Below, in pieces: positions 33,345-48,261 of a stretch of DNA of 64,000 nucleotides. The stretch lies in assembly GCF_009914755.1 (NCBI RefSeq), contig NC_060942.1; one strand, 5' to 3'. The position numbers and the translations under genes were made by a program. Source of the DNA: the human T2T-CHM13v2.0 reference genome, Homo sapiens. The stretch's first letter is position 1. Every line of letters starts with the position of its first letter. The notes under the pieces were generated by a model. That model worked only from the letters and a program-made list of their open reading frames with translations. It was not told where the DNA came from and made no database searches.

Positions 33345-33695
33345 GGCAGGAGAACCGGGAGGAGCAGGTGCCTGATGCCTCATACAGGTGGAAGGCTTAG
33401 AGTAACAGCAGGCAGGAGGCCCTGGAGGAGCAGGTACCTGATGCATCATGGAGGCAGTAGGACGTGGAGGAGCAGGTACCTGATGAGCGATAGAGGCAGG
33501 AAGCTTAGAGTAACAGCAGGCAGGAGGCCCTGGAGGAGCAGGTACCCGATGCTTCTTAGAGGCAGGAGGGCGTAGAGGAGCAGGCACCCGATACTTCGTA
33601 GAGGTAGGAGGCTTAGAGTAACAGCAGGCAGGAGGCCCTGGAGGAGCAAGTACCTGATGCTTCATAAAAGGAGACTCAGAGTAACCACAGGCAGG
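33345..33695. repeat. Compound minisatellite with an ~108-bp higher-order unit, about 3 copies
   Basis: cttagagtaacagcaggcaggaggccctggaggagca recurs at about 33396, 33504 and 33612. The sub-unit ggaggagcaggtacctgatg recurs 6 times with variants. Confidence 0.85.
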
Positions 33696-36120
33696 TGACT
33701 CATTATAGCATCATGCTTGTGGGCACTGCAGGTGAAAGACATCTTGATTCCTGTGGATATTAGAAAAAGAATTTCATGAGTGTTCTTTTGTTTATTGGAC
33801 AATGTTCATTGCCTATTCTGTGCTAGGTGCTAGGAAGGTAATACCCATAAAATATGGGATTAGAAACATGTCAATTGCTCTGATACAATAAAATTCTGAA
33901 TTTATGGTAGATAAAAATTTTATTGCTTCAAGTTTTAAAATGATAAATAGGGAATTCAGTATTTGGCTTCTTAATGCCAACTGAATGCTCAATTGGCTGT
34001 GCCAACGCTGGAACCTCTAGACCCCCAGCAGGTAAAGGATATACCGTGTCAACCGTATCTGGGAAGTAGGAATGAGGATGTCTATCTTTTTTGTTTCTTC
34101 AACAGTGTTAGAGGATATATATCTTTTTTTTGTTTCTTCAATAGTGTTAAGCTGAGTTAGACTGTAACACCATTTGTTTGAATGAATCAGAAATTGCCCA
34201 TTTCAGTGCAATCCTAAATTCAATTACAAAGTAGTCTAATCCATAGAGGCTACTTGCTTTTTCTTTAAAGTTGATATTTTGGTTGTTCTATCAAATCATA
34301 AAAGTCATAGGGATAACTCAGTTTTTCTGGATTGTTTATCTTAGCATTGAATAAATTGTATGCCTTTACTCTGAGCAGCTACTTTAGTTATAAACAAAGT
34401 AAACAAAAGGCAGTTTCCATCTGGTATTTTCTGTGGAAAAAACAAGAACAGTGTTGGAAAATTAAGTACTTGAATGTTCTTCTGTGTTTTAAAGCCCGTA
34501 ATAGTGGTGTGTTAGCTACTGTGCAGGAGCTTAATTTCATTCCAGTGTATTTTGACATTGGTAAACATATTACCATTAGTATGAAACTATATAAAAAATA
34601 AAGCAGTTAAAGGTATAAACCACTTTTACAGCCCTCCTCCCTTCCTGATACAAATACTAGTATTACTCTTTTGACTCTTCCTTTTAAGTTCTTTTCCCTT
34701 GTAAACATGCAAATTTATATTGGGATAATATAATTCTCAGGTTTTCCACTTAAAAATATATATCCTTAGTATTTTGCATATGAATACAGGTTAATTATCA
34801 GATTTTTATAAGTTGTAACTGCTAAGTTCAGGAAAGCATGCAACATGTTGTACTTGATAAAGTGGAATTAATTGAAGGAAGTAATTCCTAAGGGACTGTA
34901 GAGTTAAAGGTATTTGTGTATCTGCAGAAATAGTAATTGGTCCATGCTGGAGTCAGCACATACTGTAGACAGATTGTTTCCATCCAGGCTGTGTCTGCAG
35001 GGCGCCTGCTCCTTAAGACCATTGACATCACTGAGAAGACCTCTTTGTGTCCTTTGTTGTGGCTGGCATTGCACTTGTGCCTACTGAGATCATATTGTAG
35101 ATGACGTAACCAAGGTACTGTTTATTTAAATGCCAGTGTATATTTTTGAAATGATTTTTTTTTTCAAAGAAACAGCACTCCAGCTGTGTTGTAAACAATT
35201 CCCAGCATCATAGCCTTCATTCTCCCAAAGGCTCAGACGCTAAGGTCAGTCTTCAGGTCAGGCGGTCGCCTTCTTGTGAAGGGACGTGGTGGAAGGTTCA
35301 TGATCCCCAGGGCCCTGAGAGTCTGACCCTGAGCTGCACCTGCATTGCAGGACACTTCCTAACTACTGGGCTTGCTATTTTGGGCATACAAGGCAACTGG
35401 AGGCCAAACGCCTTCCTCAAATTGAATGTAATTGAAAATACTTTAGTTACTAAATAATTGCCATATTAGGGGAAATATTTTGGAAACTGTTAGGATTGGT
35501 TTAGATTCTGTGCTTCACAAATAAACAAATCAAGTATATGAGAGAATCAGATATCTAGCAAATATCTTCCAAGTAATGAGCAAAACGGCCAAAATTACAT
35601 CATCTGAAAGTGGTTTGATAAGTAACTAGAAGGAAAACACCAGTTACATAAACGTATTTTGTACATGCAGATTATTTTGGAAAATATGTTTTCAATTTCT
35701 TTCCTTTTCAAATTTGATTTCTTTTTTTTTTTCTTAAGGTATATCCTGATAGCAAATTATCATTTCATAACAAAATACAGTTTGTGGAGGGGGCATTATT
35801 TTACGGGAGACGCCCAACAGTCAGGACAGTGTGTGGCTTTTACCCTATCCAGATGTCGAGGTCACTGCCTCCCACACGGGACGTCTTCCCTGTGTTACTT
35901 CTAGATGCAGGGCTGTGGATGCATTCCTTTATTCTAGTAAGGCTTCCATTACCGAAATGTAGGCCATGACTTTACATTAAGATGAAAAATTCCCAGATTT
36001 TAAATTGTAATTTTCTTCTCTGAATATGAACATTGAAAGTGTAAATGTAAAACTAGACTGTACATATTGCTGTCGTGATACTGATGTGTGGCCATATTGG
36101 TTTGCTATCTGTTAAGGTAG

Positions 36121-36479
<359 letters not shown>

Positions 36480-36754
36480 AATAATAGCATACTTCTAAAG
36501 AGGAATTTAAGAGAAATACATTTTTAAAATATATGTTTATTTTTTAACAATATTCACAGAAGCATTTTCTCTGTCGTGAATACATGCACACTTAAAAAGC
36601 ATTGCCCTTGTCCTTCACAAGAGATAGAGAGAGGAAATTATGCTATGCACGCAAAAGAAATGTTGAAGAGTTGACTTGTGGTTATTTCTGTGCTAATATT
36701 TTCTACTTTTCCAGGAGTGTTGTTAAATGATGTGTTAAAGATGTAGTTGAATAC

Positions 36755-36893
36755 GCTAGGCATGCTGGATGCACCTGTAAACCTAGCTACTTGGGAGTCT
36801 GAGATGGGACGATTGCTTGAGCCCAGGAATTTGAGACCAGCCTGGGCAGCATAATAACACCTCATAAATAAATAAATAAATAAATAAATAAAT
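36755..36893 (+). mobile_element. Alu monomer (FLAM-like) with (TAAA)n tail
   Basis: gcacctgtaaacctagctacttgggag...gagaccagcctgggcagcata followed by (taaa)n. Confidence 0.8.
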
Positions 36894-37168
36894 ATTAGAA
36901 GGTATAGTACTTTCATGAAAATTTAGAATTATTTCGTTTGTGTATTAATGTTAAGCATTGCAAGCAATTAATTGATTACAGGAGTTCTTTGAACTTGTAC
37001 TTTCAATTTTTTATAGTCCCTTTTTTCTAACGTCTGTTTTGCAGTGCCTTTGCACTGCTGTTCACTTGGATTGAGCTTGTGGACCTGTTTCTAATACTGA
37101 GGTTATATAAGGTGTGAATAATGAACAATCATTTGACGGTTTTGTTTTCTTTTTGTCTCCCTGCACAG

Positions 37169-37244
37169 GAAGACAGTGACCCGCCCATTCATGAAAGTCT
37201 CAGCATAGAAAATACATTGTGGGCAAGCACCATTGTTGCATCAG
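37169..37244 (+). CDS. ATP9B: ATP9B coding exon, 76 nt, phase 0->1, [25 protein letters not shown](G)
   Basis: Long polypyrimidine tract ending ctgcacag|GAA and donor CAG|gtaagg. In frame. Confidence 0.97.
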
Positions 37245-38195
37245 GTAAGGAAAACATTCTCCTCTGAGTGTGATTGCTCCCGGATAGATGATGCTTTGTT
37301 TTGTCCAGGGACTCCAAACAAGGGTTTCTCACAGTGCCCTGAAATATTTAGGGACCTTGCTAAACGCAGACTCCAGCTCAGTGGGTCTGAGACAGTCCTG
37401 GGAGCTTGTGGTGAGGCTTGTGCTGCTCCTCAGACACTGCACGTGGTTCGCAAGGCCTGAGACAGGGAGAGGTGCTGCAGCCTTCGTGCAGGAGTACAGG
37501 GATATTCTGTTCGTCTTTGACCTGTTTCTTGACAAACTTGTCAGTGTTCCTTAATGAGAGGCACCACAGAAGAGCTTGGGAAGCCAGTGGTGATTTTAGC
37601 GCTTCTCAGTCATCCGACAAGGGTTGGCAGGAGGAGAGTGGCTGAAGTGACTGTGGAACGGAAAAGTATTAGAAGAGGCCAGGCGTGCTGTGAGAGGTAG
37701 ACGATGTCAGATGATTACCATGTTATCAGGTATGAGTTGACATTGATGATGATGTTTGGAAGGAAGCTGATGAGAAATTAGGTGATGCTGAGGTTGATGC
37801 CAGGGAGGAAGTTTACCAGGAATGGGTTGGTATCGATGCTGGTGCCAGTAATGGGGCTTAGCAGCAGGGAGCTCTGGAAGAGAGTGCCCGAAAGGTGATG
37901 GCAGCCTGGAATGAGAGGCTAGATTGTTGGAGCTGTGTCTTCTCGGTGCTGCCCAGTGCTGGGTGCCCTTCTCTCCTGGATGCCACTCACTCCCCCATGC
38001 ATGTGCATGGAGCACCTGTTCTCCACCAGGCACGGTGATTCAGTCTGGGGCAAGGCGGTTCCATATCCTGTCCTCAGGGAGCTTATGGCTTTGTGGACAG
38101 AGGTTAAGCAAGTGTTCTAGGTAATGTTGCTGTGCTAAGTATCACCAACACGTACAGAGAGTGCTGTGGACGGTTTGTAATTAAAGAAGCTTATA

Positions 38196-38673
<478 letters not shown>

Positions 38674-40624
38674 CTAGGCCCATGGAGAAGGCAGGTGTCA
38701 CACAACAGGGCAGCTTTGTGTGCTTGTGTTTAACTGTTGGCCTGCAGTATGCAAAACTAACTATACAACGAACTCCAGGAGGAGGACACATGTTAGCTTT
38801 TTGGATGATAGAATTTGAAAGAGGATTCATCTTATCCTAGTGTTTTGTGTCTTTAAAAAATGCTTGATGGGTATATGACAGTTTTAATAGGTGACAATTT
38901 TTGTGGGTGTTTCATGATGTTATTTATATATAAATTACATCTATATATAAATGTTACATACATATAAATGTTATGTGTGTGTGTGTATATATATATAAAC
39001 ATACGTATATAAATTTCTTAACATACAAAGAAAGAGAACAAGACAGTTTTCCATGAAGAGACTTCAGAGGTGAGCAGGACAGTTTCTGGGCTCTGTAGGC
39101 CTCGAGAGGGACCTCATGCCAGGAGGACTCTTCTGGGGTGGACAAGTGGGCCCTGAGCTCTGTAAGGGTCTTCACACCATGGGCAGGCACATTTAGCCAG
39201 GGAAACCTGCCCTCCAGCCTTCTTCATGCTGCTGCCTTGGCATTGCTGAGAGGCATGAGTGTTGCCAGCCTCTCCGCCAGGTGGTGAGTGTGGTCAGTGC
39301 TGGCCTGGCCTCACGCTGAATGGCTGCACTCGGGAGGTGTGTTCCCCCTGCCAGTTACCATAGAGCCAGGCTGCACAGGGACCAGAATGGAGTCCAGCTG
39401 TGCATTCCCTGAAAGCCAGTGTCCTTGAGTGCTCGGCCTTCAGTAGTTACACGAAAGCATTTATGATACAGGACTCAGAAGCTGACACATGGGGAGAAGA
39501 CTTACATTTTCCATACATAGTTATTGCAGCCTGTTTCTTCCATCTCACTGATATTTGTTAATTAAGAATCATTCGTGAAGATAGTAATGCTTCCCTTTTT
39601 AAAAATAAATTTCATCTTTTTTTCCTGGTGCTGCATAAACATATATTAAATGTTGTTACTGATCCCTAGTACTGTTGATTTGTGACCCTTCTCCTGAGGG
39701 AGACTAAAGCTGCTTGAGCTAAAGGCTTTTGAGACATCCCATACGGTTCCCTGAACAAAGTTTTCTCTCCTGACCTCAGTTCTCTTGATGACCTTGGCAA
39801 GTGGGCCCGACTAGTTGGACACTAATGAGGCATCGTAACATGCCGGCCCCATCCTGTCCATTCTGTTCTCTTTGCCATCTAGCATTCAGTGTTGTGTCTT
39901 CCTAGTGGGCATGAAGACGGCTTTAAAACCATCCACTCGAGAAGCTTAATTAAGGTACCTTTAATGTTAGTTTGTATTCGAACATCTTTAAATGTAAGCT
40001 TTAATTTCAGCTCTTTTAGTACATACATATCTTTATTTAAAAGCCTTGTTAATGTGAACAGTTACACATTCTATATACCACACTGCTATATCCTAAGGAA
40101 TGTTTGAAAGATTTTAAGATTTCCAGAGTAACCTAGGCACTCTTGTATTCTTTGTAATTGATTACAAGTTGAGAATTCCTTTTACTCTTATACTTTAAAA
40201 GTCGTATCTCAGTTGAATTCAAGTTGACTCTGGAGGGGAAGTGAACTCAGTGCTTCCTCCCCATCCCTAGAGTTCTGAATGCATGGGAACCGGGACTCAG
40301 GTTAGACACAGACAGGCAGATGCAGCAGACGAGAGGTGAGCCAAGGCAGGACACAGAGAGCCTGCTGTGCTGCCGGAGGTTTCACTTCCCATGTGGATCC
40401 AGAAAACTTGCTCTCTAAAATGCAGAACTGGGTCCTGGAGAACCATCGTGTTTATTATACTGATGAGCATACAAAGGAGTGTTCCTGATACTCAGCTGTC
40501 ACAAAACTGGAAGGAAAGCTGGGCTCTCTAAGGCAAGGTTGACAAAAGTGTGACGGGGCTGTCAGAGGGCAATCCCTGGCCATGTGGACCCACGCCTGGG
40601 TGCGGGTCTCCTTGTCACTCAGTG

Positions 40625-40765
40625 GGCCAGCCGTGTGGTGTCTAGACCTGGGTGAGGGTCTTCTGTGTCTCTGTGTCTCAGCCATGTGGACTCTAGACCT
40701 GGGTGTGGGTCACCTGTGTCTCTGTGTCCTGGCTGTGTGGACTCTAGACCTTGGTTGGGGGTCTC
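40625..40765. repeat. Short ~52-bp tandem repeat, about 2.5 copies
   Basis: gc..tgtgg..tctagacctgggtg.gggtc..ctgtgtctctgtgtc repeated. Confidence 0.75.
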
Positions 40766-43700
40766 CTTTGTAGTCTGTGCACCAGTTTTGGTCTAGGTTG
40801 TTTACATCCTGGGGCTCAGTTCACGGTCTTCATCAGTTTTCCTGCACTTGGTGCGTGGTTGGAGTTGTACGTGCAGTGCTCAGTGTCTGCCTTGCTATCA
40901 TCGGGTCCAGCCCGGGAGCGCCTGCCCCAGGGAGCAGTGCACACTGGGGTTCTGTGGAAATTGGCTCCTGGAGGGCATCTGCGAGTTGGAGTGTGTTCCA
41001 GAGGCTGGTGTATGTGGCCCTGCCTGCTTTTGCTAACGGTATCTAGCAGGTTTTGGGTGTATAATTGAGAGTCAACAAATACATTGATTTGTTAATACCT
41101 CTGTCTCTCATTAGACACACATGAAATACATATTTACTTTTAGTAAGCATTTCACATCATTTTGATTTGATAACTTAAGGCCATTAATTGTTTTGTTAAA
41201 GTGGTCTAGGTTTTATATTTTGTGTTTTTAAATAATTTTCTATGAATCATCTTAATTAATTTGAATTTGTGAGGATTGGTTATCTGCAAATTAAACATAT
41301 CAGTGGTTAGAAATAGCAACTAAAAGTATTGCAATAGGCCTATCATTTGAAATATTGAGTGGACTACTTGTTTGGAAGTGCTGGATTATGATTTCTGGTA
41401 TAAACTAGAAATGTTTAAATAAAGGAGAGTATATTTTTCTACAAAATTTGACCTTGTTAGCATTCTTTGTCTTGCTTTGCAACTTGGAAGTTGTTTGCTT
41501 AAAATACAACTGTAGTCAATTAGAAGGTGGTATAATTTTGCATGAAATTTTCTATATAGCCTGTAGCAAGGAAGGCACATAGTAACTAACAGAGTAATTA
41601 TTATCCCACTCACATGAAATTGTGATTGAACAGAAGTTGGACATGATAGGGTTGGACTATAGAATGACTTGCAGACCATCCACATAGCAGCCTCTTTGAA
41701 GTAGGCTAAGTCTCGAGGGCCCTAGTCATGGGGTCTGTGGAGTGTAGGAGTAAATGTGGTCATATTTTATGCCTCCCTTTTTGGACCCAAAGCATCTGAA
41801 TATTTAATATTAATTTTTACCTGTAGTCAATTTGAAGTGTGCAGTTATGGATCAGGCAAATGTAATCACTGGCTTTGAAGATTAAGTGCTCCTAAATCTT
41901 TTAAAATGTTGTCTTGGGATAAATGAAGTTAAATTTTTGATTTAATGATGAATACTGGACCACCATCATTTTTAGGGTCCTGTTAAGAACTGGTTTGTTG
42001 TTGTGGTTGTGGTTTTAATCTACCAACATGGTCCTGAACTCAGGTCTTTCTGATGTAGAAGTTTCTCCAGTTGGAGCGCGTTGTGAGGGAGGTGGATCTT
42101 GATTTTACACTGAAAATATGGGTTAAAGTTTTGGAATTCTTCTGTTTAAGTATTTCATTGAGTGAGAAATCTTTGTGACATTTATATTTGTCACACTCAG
42201 TCTCCTGTTATCTTATACGACACAAAATGAGTTTATCATACTTTGTTGCCCTCTCATGTCTCATTTCGCAATCCACAGTTAATCCCTTTCCTCTGTTTTG
42301 CCTTGTATACTCAGGTTTTACTCAGTCTTTTAGCCTATTGTACTTCATAAGTACATACCCTTTGTGAAAGAGAATGGAAAATGTCCCAAATATTTCTGCA
42401 CTGATTCTAGTTACGTTAGATATTAAAAAGCATGACACTCAGAAAAATTCATTTAATCTAATTCTAGTAAGTGTTGATTTTTCATGAGAATCAAGTGAGA
42501 GAATACTTACGAGAGCCTTTAGCAAACTTTAACAGATTATACAAATATTGTACCAGGACCTCTGTTAAAAATGTATAACATATGCCTTGTTATGTATCAC
42601 ATTGAATTGAGGTACTGTGCATTGTAAGGCCACTCTAGAGTCCACTTTGCTCATCAGTCAACCTGCTTTCAGCTCAACGGTTTCTAGCTTGATTAATTCT
42701 TGCAAAGCCTTTTCTGAGATTTGCTCATTCTGCTAATGTTAAAAAATAAGTTAATTTTGCAGTTTGCCTTCTTACATCATTGTGATAATTTAACATTAGT
42801 GGGATGTTTATATTTTGATTTAAACTAGATTGGCAAAACAGAAAATACTGATCAGATGATATTTAATATTTAGCTTCACTGATGTGAAGTAATTCTATGA
42901 TCTCCTTTTGAAAGCTTTTTATAGTATTGTATTATATATTTAATATTTCTCTGCGTAGTAAGTATAGTCATCTAATCTCAGAAGTTTATGTGGATAATAG
43001 TAATAAAGACGGCATTTGTGCATCGGGGAGCTTATATTCTAAGTGTGAGCTGGCCTTGCCTTTCATGAACTTTTACAAACTGAAGCCTCACACTTCTCAG
43101 TGACACTCAATTAAAAGAGAAATATATATAATCTCCACACATATCCCTGCTGGGGAATACTTCACATCTTCCACCTTCCTAGATTTTCTAGAGAGGAAGG
43201 TGTAAGCCATGTGATATGTATAATATGTAACATATCAAGGTTCACGAAAAGCCGGGAGTTCATATCAATCATCTTTACTTCAAAGAGCCTGTCTTATGAT
43301 GCTCTGCATTTTACATGTTAAGTTAATGTGACATCAGAGTTTTCATATAATTATTATAGTTAATTCTGTAATGGTTGGTAATTGCACATTATGTGTATAT
43401 ACTTTCTCACCTTAATTGTGTTTCTCACCTTCAAAATTTACAAAAAATTAAGGATGAAAATTAGGAATATAAATTATATATGGCTGTAGTTTCAGAAAGA
43501 GATTTCCATGGTTTTTAATACTGACATTCTAGAGATAAGTGCCCTTTAGCCTTTGAAATCTATCGGTCATACCAAGGATATTTTATTATTCTTTTCTCTT
43601 AAATTTAAAAATTATTATATCTTTTTGACGTGTAAAAGAGAGTAATAGCTTCTAAATGCAAAGTCAAATACCGTTTTTTATAATATTTCTATTATTTTAA

Positions 43701-44193
43701 TTGTACACATTTTGAAATATTAGCAAAGGCTGTCACTGATATTTAGTAATACTTTGATCTTTACAGTGGAAATACACTAAAAGAAAGTGGTTCATCTGGT
43801 ACCATCTTTATTTGAAGGTCAAAGGACAAGTTTGATTAGTTAAGGATATAGCCTCTTAATTGACCTTCAGTGATAGAACCACCATTTTAGTAGACAGTAG
43901 TGAAAGGCCATTGTCATTATCTCTATTGTCAGTGAAAAGAATATTAGTACGTTTCCTAATGTTATATGTGGGTACATTTGTATTGCTTAACAAATCATTT
44001 GACTTTTTCAAAGTCCATTTTTAAAGTTGAGATTAGATTTTCTTGAATTAGCCAAATTAAATACACTGTTGGATAAATTTATATAAAATCAAATAGTGTG
44101 ATAATACTTTCCATCAAAACAATTAATTAGAAAGTGTTATCTTTTACTCATCTTTAAAGTATTTCTACAAGGACCACTTTCATGTTTTTGCAG

Positions 44194-44270
44194 GTACTGT
44201 AATAGGTGTTGTCATTTATACCGGAAAAGAGACTCGAAGTGTAATGAACACATCCAATCCAAAAAATAAG
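44194..44270 (+). CDS. ATP9B: ATP9B coding exon, 77 nt, phase 1->0, (G)[25 protein letters not shown]
   Basis: Acceptor tttttgcag|GT and donor AAG|gtaggc. Contains the G-x-V-x-Y-T-G-x-E-T motif typical of P-type ATPases. Confidence 0.97.
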
Positions 44271-45097
44271 GTAGGCTAGATTGAGGAGCAACTGCTTTAA
44301 TGAACTTATTTTTCCTTTCAGTAAGAAAGTCTGCATAGTTCTGAATAGCTCATTCTTTTGGCTTAACATATATCTTAAAGTAGACTTTCAAAAATGTTGG
44401 TGACTTACAATATGAATTCTCCGTATTTATATAACAACATTCTCATACTGGCGAATTTCCAAAAGTATCATTGCTTGGCTAATCAGTTTTATATGTGTCT
44501 TAAATTTTCATTGTCAGATATATAATTTGCCCGTAATTTGACAGTTAATTGTGGCTAATTTCTTATCTTCAGTCTACTTATTTTACAATTTGCACTCTTT
44601 TATGTTGATGGTTCATTTTAAAATAAAGCAATCTGTATTAATGTTTTTATACTATTTAATTTGATGTTACAGTATTAAGCCAGTTTTATTTATTTCCATG
44701 TCAGAAGAAGCATATTGAAGCCAAAGATTAGTTTTAAAGACCGCTTGATTATATCCTGAATTGATTATATTTCTAAAATTGTTATTTATGCATCCAACAT
44801 GTGTGTAAAATCATAACAAAAAGTCTGAATCCTCAGTAGTTGCTATCATCATGATACCATATGTGAGATGAATTCACAGTATGTGCTAATGTACAGTTAA
44901 TGAGAAGCTCTTCCTAAGTATTGATTTTACTCATTTTTATTTAAAATGTAATTTATGTGCATTTAGATGAAACAAAAAATCCTCACATGGATTTATGCCT
45001 CACTCTGTGGGTAATTAATAGTGAAGGTTATCTTTTGCTGTCTTTTTCTGGAAGTCTTATTAACGCAGTGGAAATCAAATAATTCTTTGAAAAGATA

Positions 45098-45444
<347 letters not shown>

Positions 45445-45888
45445 TTAAAAATGGTTAACTCTTCAAAAATTAGTAACATATCACCAACCCTATAAAGTCC
45501 TAGGCCGTTTGCAGCAGTAAGTAGAGTGAGGCCTTCTGTGTCGATTGTTTGCTTGTTCACTGGGGCATGCCTTGAGAATGCCCTTAGCTGTGCACACGGA
45601 GAATCCAGTGTGCATCTCCTGTACCTGATAGAACCCCAGATATCTGTGTGTTACATGTTTGCTAAAGTCAAAGAAGAATGCTGCGTTACTATTGAGTATA
45701 AATCCTAATTGTGATAATGGGGAAAGTTATCTCTTTAGACTTACATTGCAGTTTGACTCTAATTTGCATTTCAAATATATGCAAGTCAGTAGTTCTACAA
45801 TAGTGTTACAATTATTTAAAAATAAATTATTAAAGTAATCATATATAGAGTTAGAATCACATACGTATTTATATGTGTTTTCTGATAA

Positions 45889-46228
<340 letters not shown>

Positions 46229-47300
46229 TAGAACATTCTAATGTATGTACAGTTCTAGGATTTTTTTCCTAAATGTTACTTTTGCATTTATGATGATATT
46301 TGAGGGTAAATTAATTTTAAATATGAATTTAAAATCTTTAAAGCTACACTGCCTTTTACTGTGATTCCTTTTTTAGCCCACCTTTTTCTTCAGTTCAACT
46401 TATTTTCTGTCATTTTTTCATTTCAGTCTCCACTTTATTATTTCTTCCCATCTATACACCTGTTACTTTTGGCTCGTCAAGCTCTTTACTCAGGGTCTTG
46501 GTTCTGCGTTGGAGCGGCCTCCTAGTTTTGCAAGCATGGTTTGGAATGTAGCCCTGAAGCCTCGCTGCTGGGTCTGTGTCCAGGCCTTGGTGCACACTCG
46601 TGTGTCCCTCAGCCTCTTCACCCTCTCCACCCTCCCCTCTCTGAAGTGGGCTTGCCAGGAACAAGGTCATGCTCATGCACACGTTGCTCTTAGGAAAGTA
46701 CTTGCTACATGACAGATGCTCAGTAAATGTTAGCTGTAATTTTTATTTTTCTATAAAAGGAAAGGTTTTCAGTGTGGTAATTTTTCAGCCCTACCCTGAT
46801 TGCTAGTCAAGAAATGGTCATTTTGTAACTAGTTTGTGCAAGGCAGGAGGTTCTGTACTGTCAGCTACCACGTGGCCTAGAAATTCTTCCAGTTTCCGCT
46901 GTGTGGGCATTCCTTCTCTCCCTCTTCTTTTCTTTTCCCTGTTCCTCTCTTCCTCTTCTCCTTTCTTAAAAAATAGTCTTCTAAATTTGCTTATTGTTGG
47001 CAGAATATATCTCATAATTGAAAGGGTGTCTTTGGAGTTTTACAGAATTGGATTTACTTCTTGCTGCTTACCATGTTAGCTTTTCAACCTGATGTAAAAG
47101 TGTTCTTTCAGTGGCTGGTATTTTCCTGGTGATTAATACATGCTGAGTCCTCCCCTCCCAATAGGGATTCACGATAGCGGTTCTAGCTCCAGCTTGGAGA
47201 ACATTGACCACATGGTAGGCACTTGTCTAAAACTCTACGTGTATTATGTCTTGAATCCACACGATGGCTCCCGGGGAGAAGAGTGCGTTCCCGACTGTAG

Positions 47301-47791
<491 letters not shown>

Positions 47792-48261
47792 TTAAATGCT
47801 AGTTTTACAAGAATAAAATTCAGGAGAAGGTTTTGAGCAAGCTACACTGGGCGAAAGGTAACATGTAATTTATCCAGGGGAAGCCTCGGTATTGATACAT
47901 GTTGAATGGAAGAGAATTGTGACATTGGTCTCTGAACAGAGACGGAAAGGTGGAAATTATTGTTTATTGCTGGTAAGACTGTTTTCTGACGGTGACATCA
48001 CAGTGTTCTTCTGTTGCTTAGTAAACCAACAAACTTTTGGGCTTCAAAGAAGGCTGGTGCAAACAAAACGGTAAACATGTACAGGGGAAATCTCATCTCA
48101 TCCTTTACCTGAGCTTTGTTGGATTTCTTCAGGTAGCAAAAATGTTTCTAACACTCAATTCTGACAGCTCTCTGAGTAGAAGCCATATTGGGACATTGAT
48201 ACATTGGAGTTCGTCGTCAGCAGAGAAATTGAGCTGCAAATACATATTTTTGAATGAGTAG

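Noticed and set aside
34083-34150. ~37-bp tandem duplication (similar small ones at ~6640, ~8635 and ~57940)
   Set aside because: Ordinary local duplications with no sign of function.
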